Source: Mobula hypostoma | Taxonomy: Eukaryota | Assembly (NCBI RefSeq): GCF_963921235.1 | Contig: NC_086097.1 | Coordinates: forward strand, 218,676,001-218,740,000 | Reading direction: 5' to 3' | Length of the DNA stretch: 64,000 nt | In this document: one piece after another, positions 63,699 to 64,000 of the stretch | Layout of the letters: each line of letters begins with the position of its first letter | How positions within the stretch are numbered: the first letter of the stretch is position 1 | The notes under the pieces: model-generated | What the model was told of the DNA's origin: nothing | Database searches by the model: none | What the model saw: the letters and a program-made list of their open reading frames with translations, nothing else | Program-made: the position numbers and the translations under genes

Positions 63699-64000
63699 TA
63701 GCTCTCGGTTGAACTCCATCTACTCTTGAGGAAATAACAGACCTCTGAATTGCTAGACCAATTAGACAGGTTATTTTTTTTCTCCAATAACCTTTGCATA
63801 TAACTGATAAACAAACCCTGTAACATTGATATCCATTTCAATGTGCGTGTTTGAGACAGCATGTTAAATTGTATATTTCTCTCAAAGGCCTGTTTTGACG
63901 GGCAAAGCAAAGAGGAAATTTAAAACAGAAACAGAAAATGCTGGAAGGAAACAATCAGCAGGTTAGGCAGCACTATTGAAAGAAAAAGTAAATTTATTCT

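Noticed and set aside
1..64000. Prokaryotic-style systems (CRISPR, retron, DGR, defence operons) suggested by the many RT ORFs
   Set aside because: All RT fragments belong to eukaryotic LINE, PLE or Gypsy families within spliceosomal introns; no operon structure or repeat-spacer array.

Overview
Eukaryotic (vertebrate) genomic DNA, not microbial. The repeat families (CR1, Rex1/Babar, Penelope-like, V-SINE-like) suggest a cartilaginous fish; this is inference. The window lies inside one large + strand gene, PREX2 (Rac GEF). Seven phase-compatible GT-AG coding exons (2617-2796, 6809-6903, 9632-9714, 25626-25716, 50107-50235, 54882-54923, 61120-61337; 838 nt) encode part of the C-terminal IP4P-like region. 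The introns are dominated by transposons: many CR1, Rex1/Babar, RTE and L1 LINE fragments; Penelope-like elements (PLEs) whose terminal repeats carry minimal hammerhead ribozymes; two decayed Gypsy LTR retrotransposons, one a deeply nested stack and one with a complete 3 kb hAT DNA transposon at its gag-pol junction; solo LTRs, SINEs and a MITE. The most notable observations are the hammerhead-bearing PLE termini, including a ~124 bp ribozyme-only insertion and two fold-back insertions whose breakpoints coincide with ribozyme landmarks. I see no evidence for a wholly new protein-coding system. Family assignments come from recalled motifs, not database searches, and many repeat boundaries are approximate.
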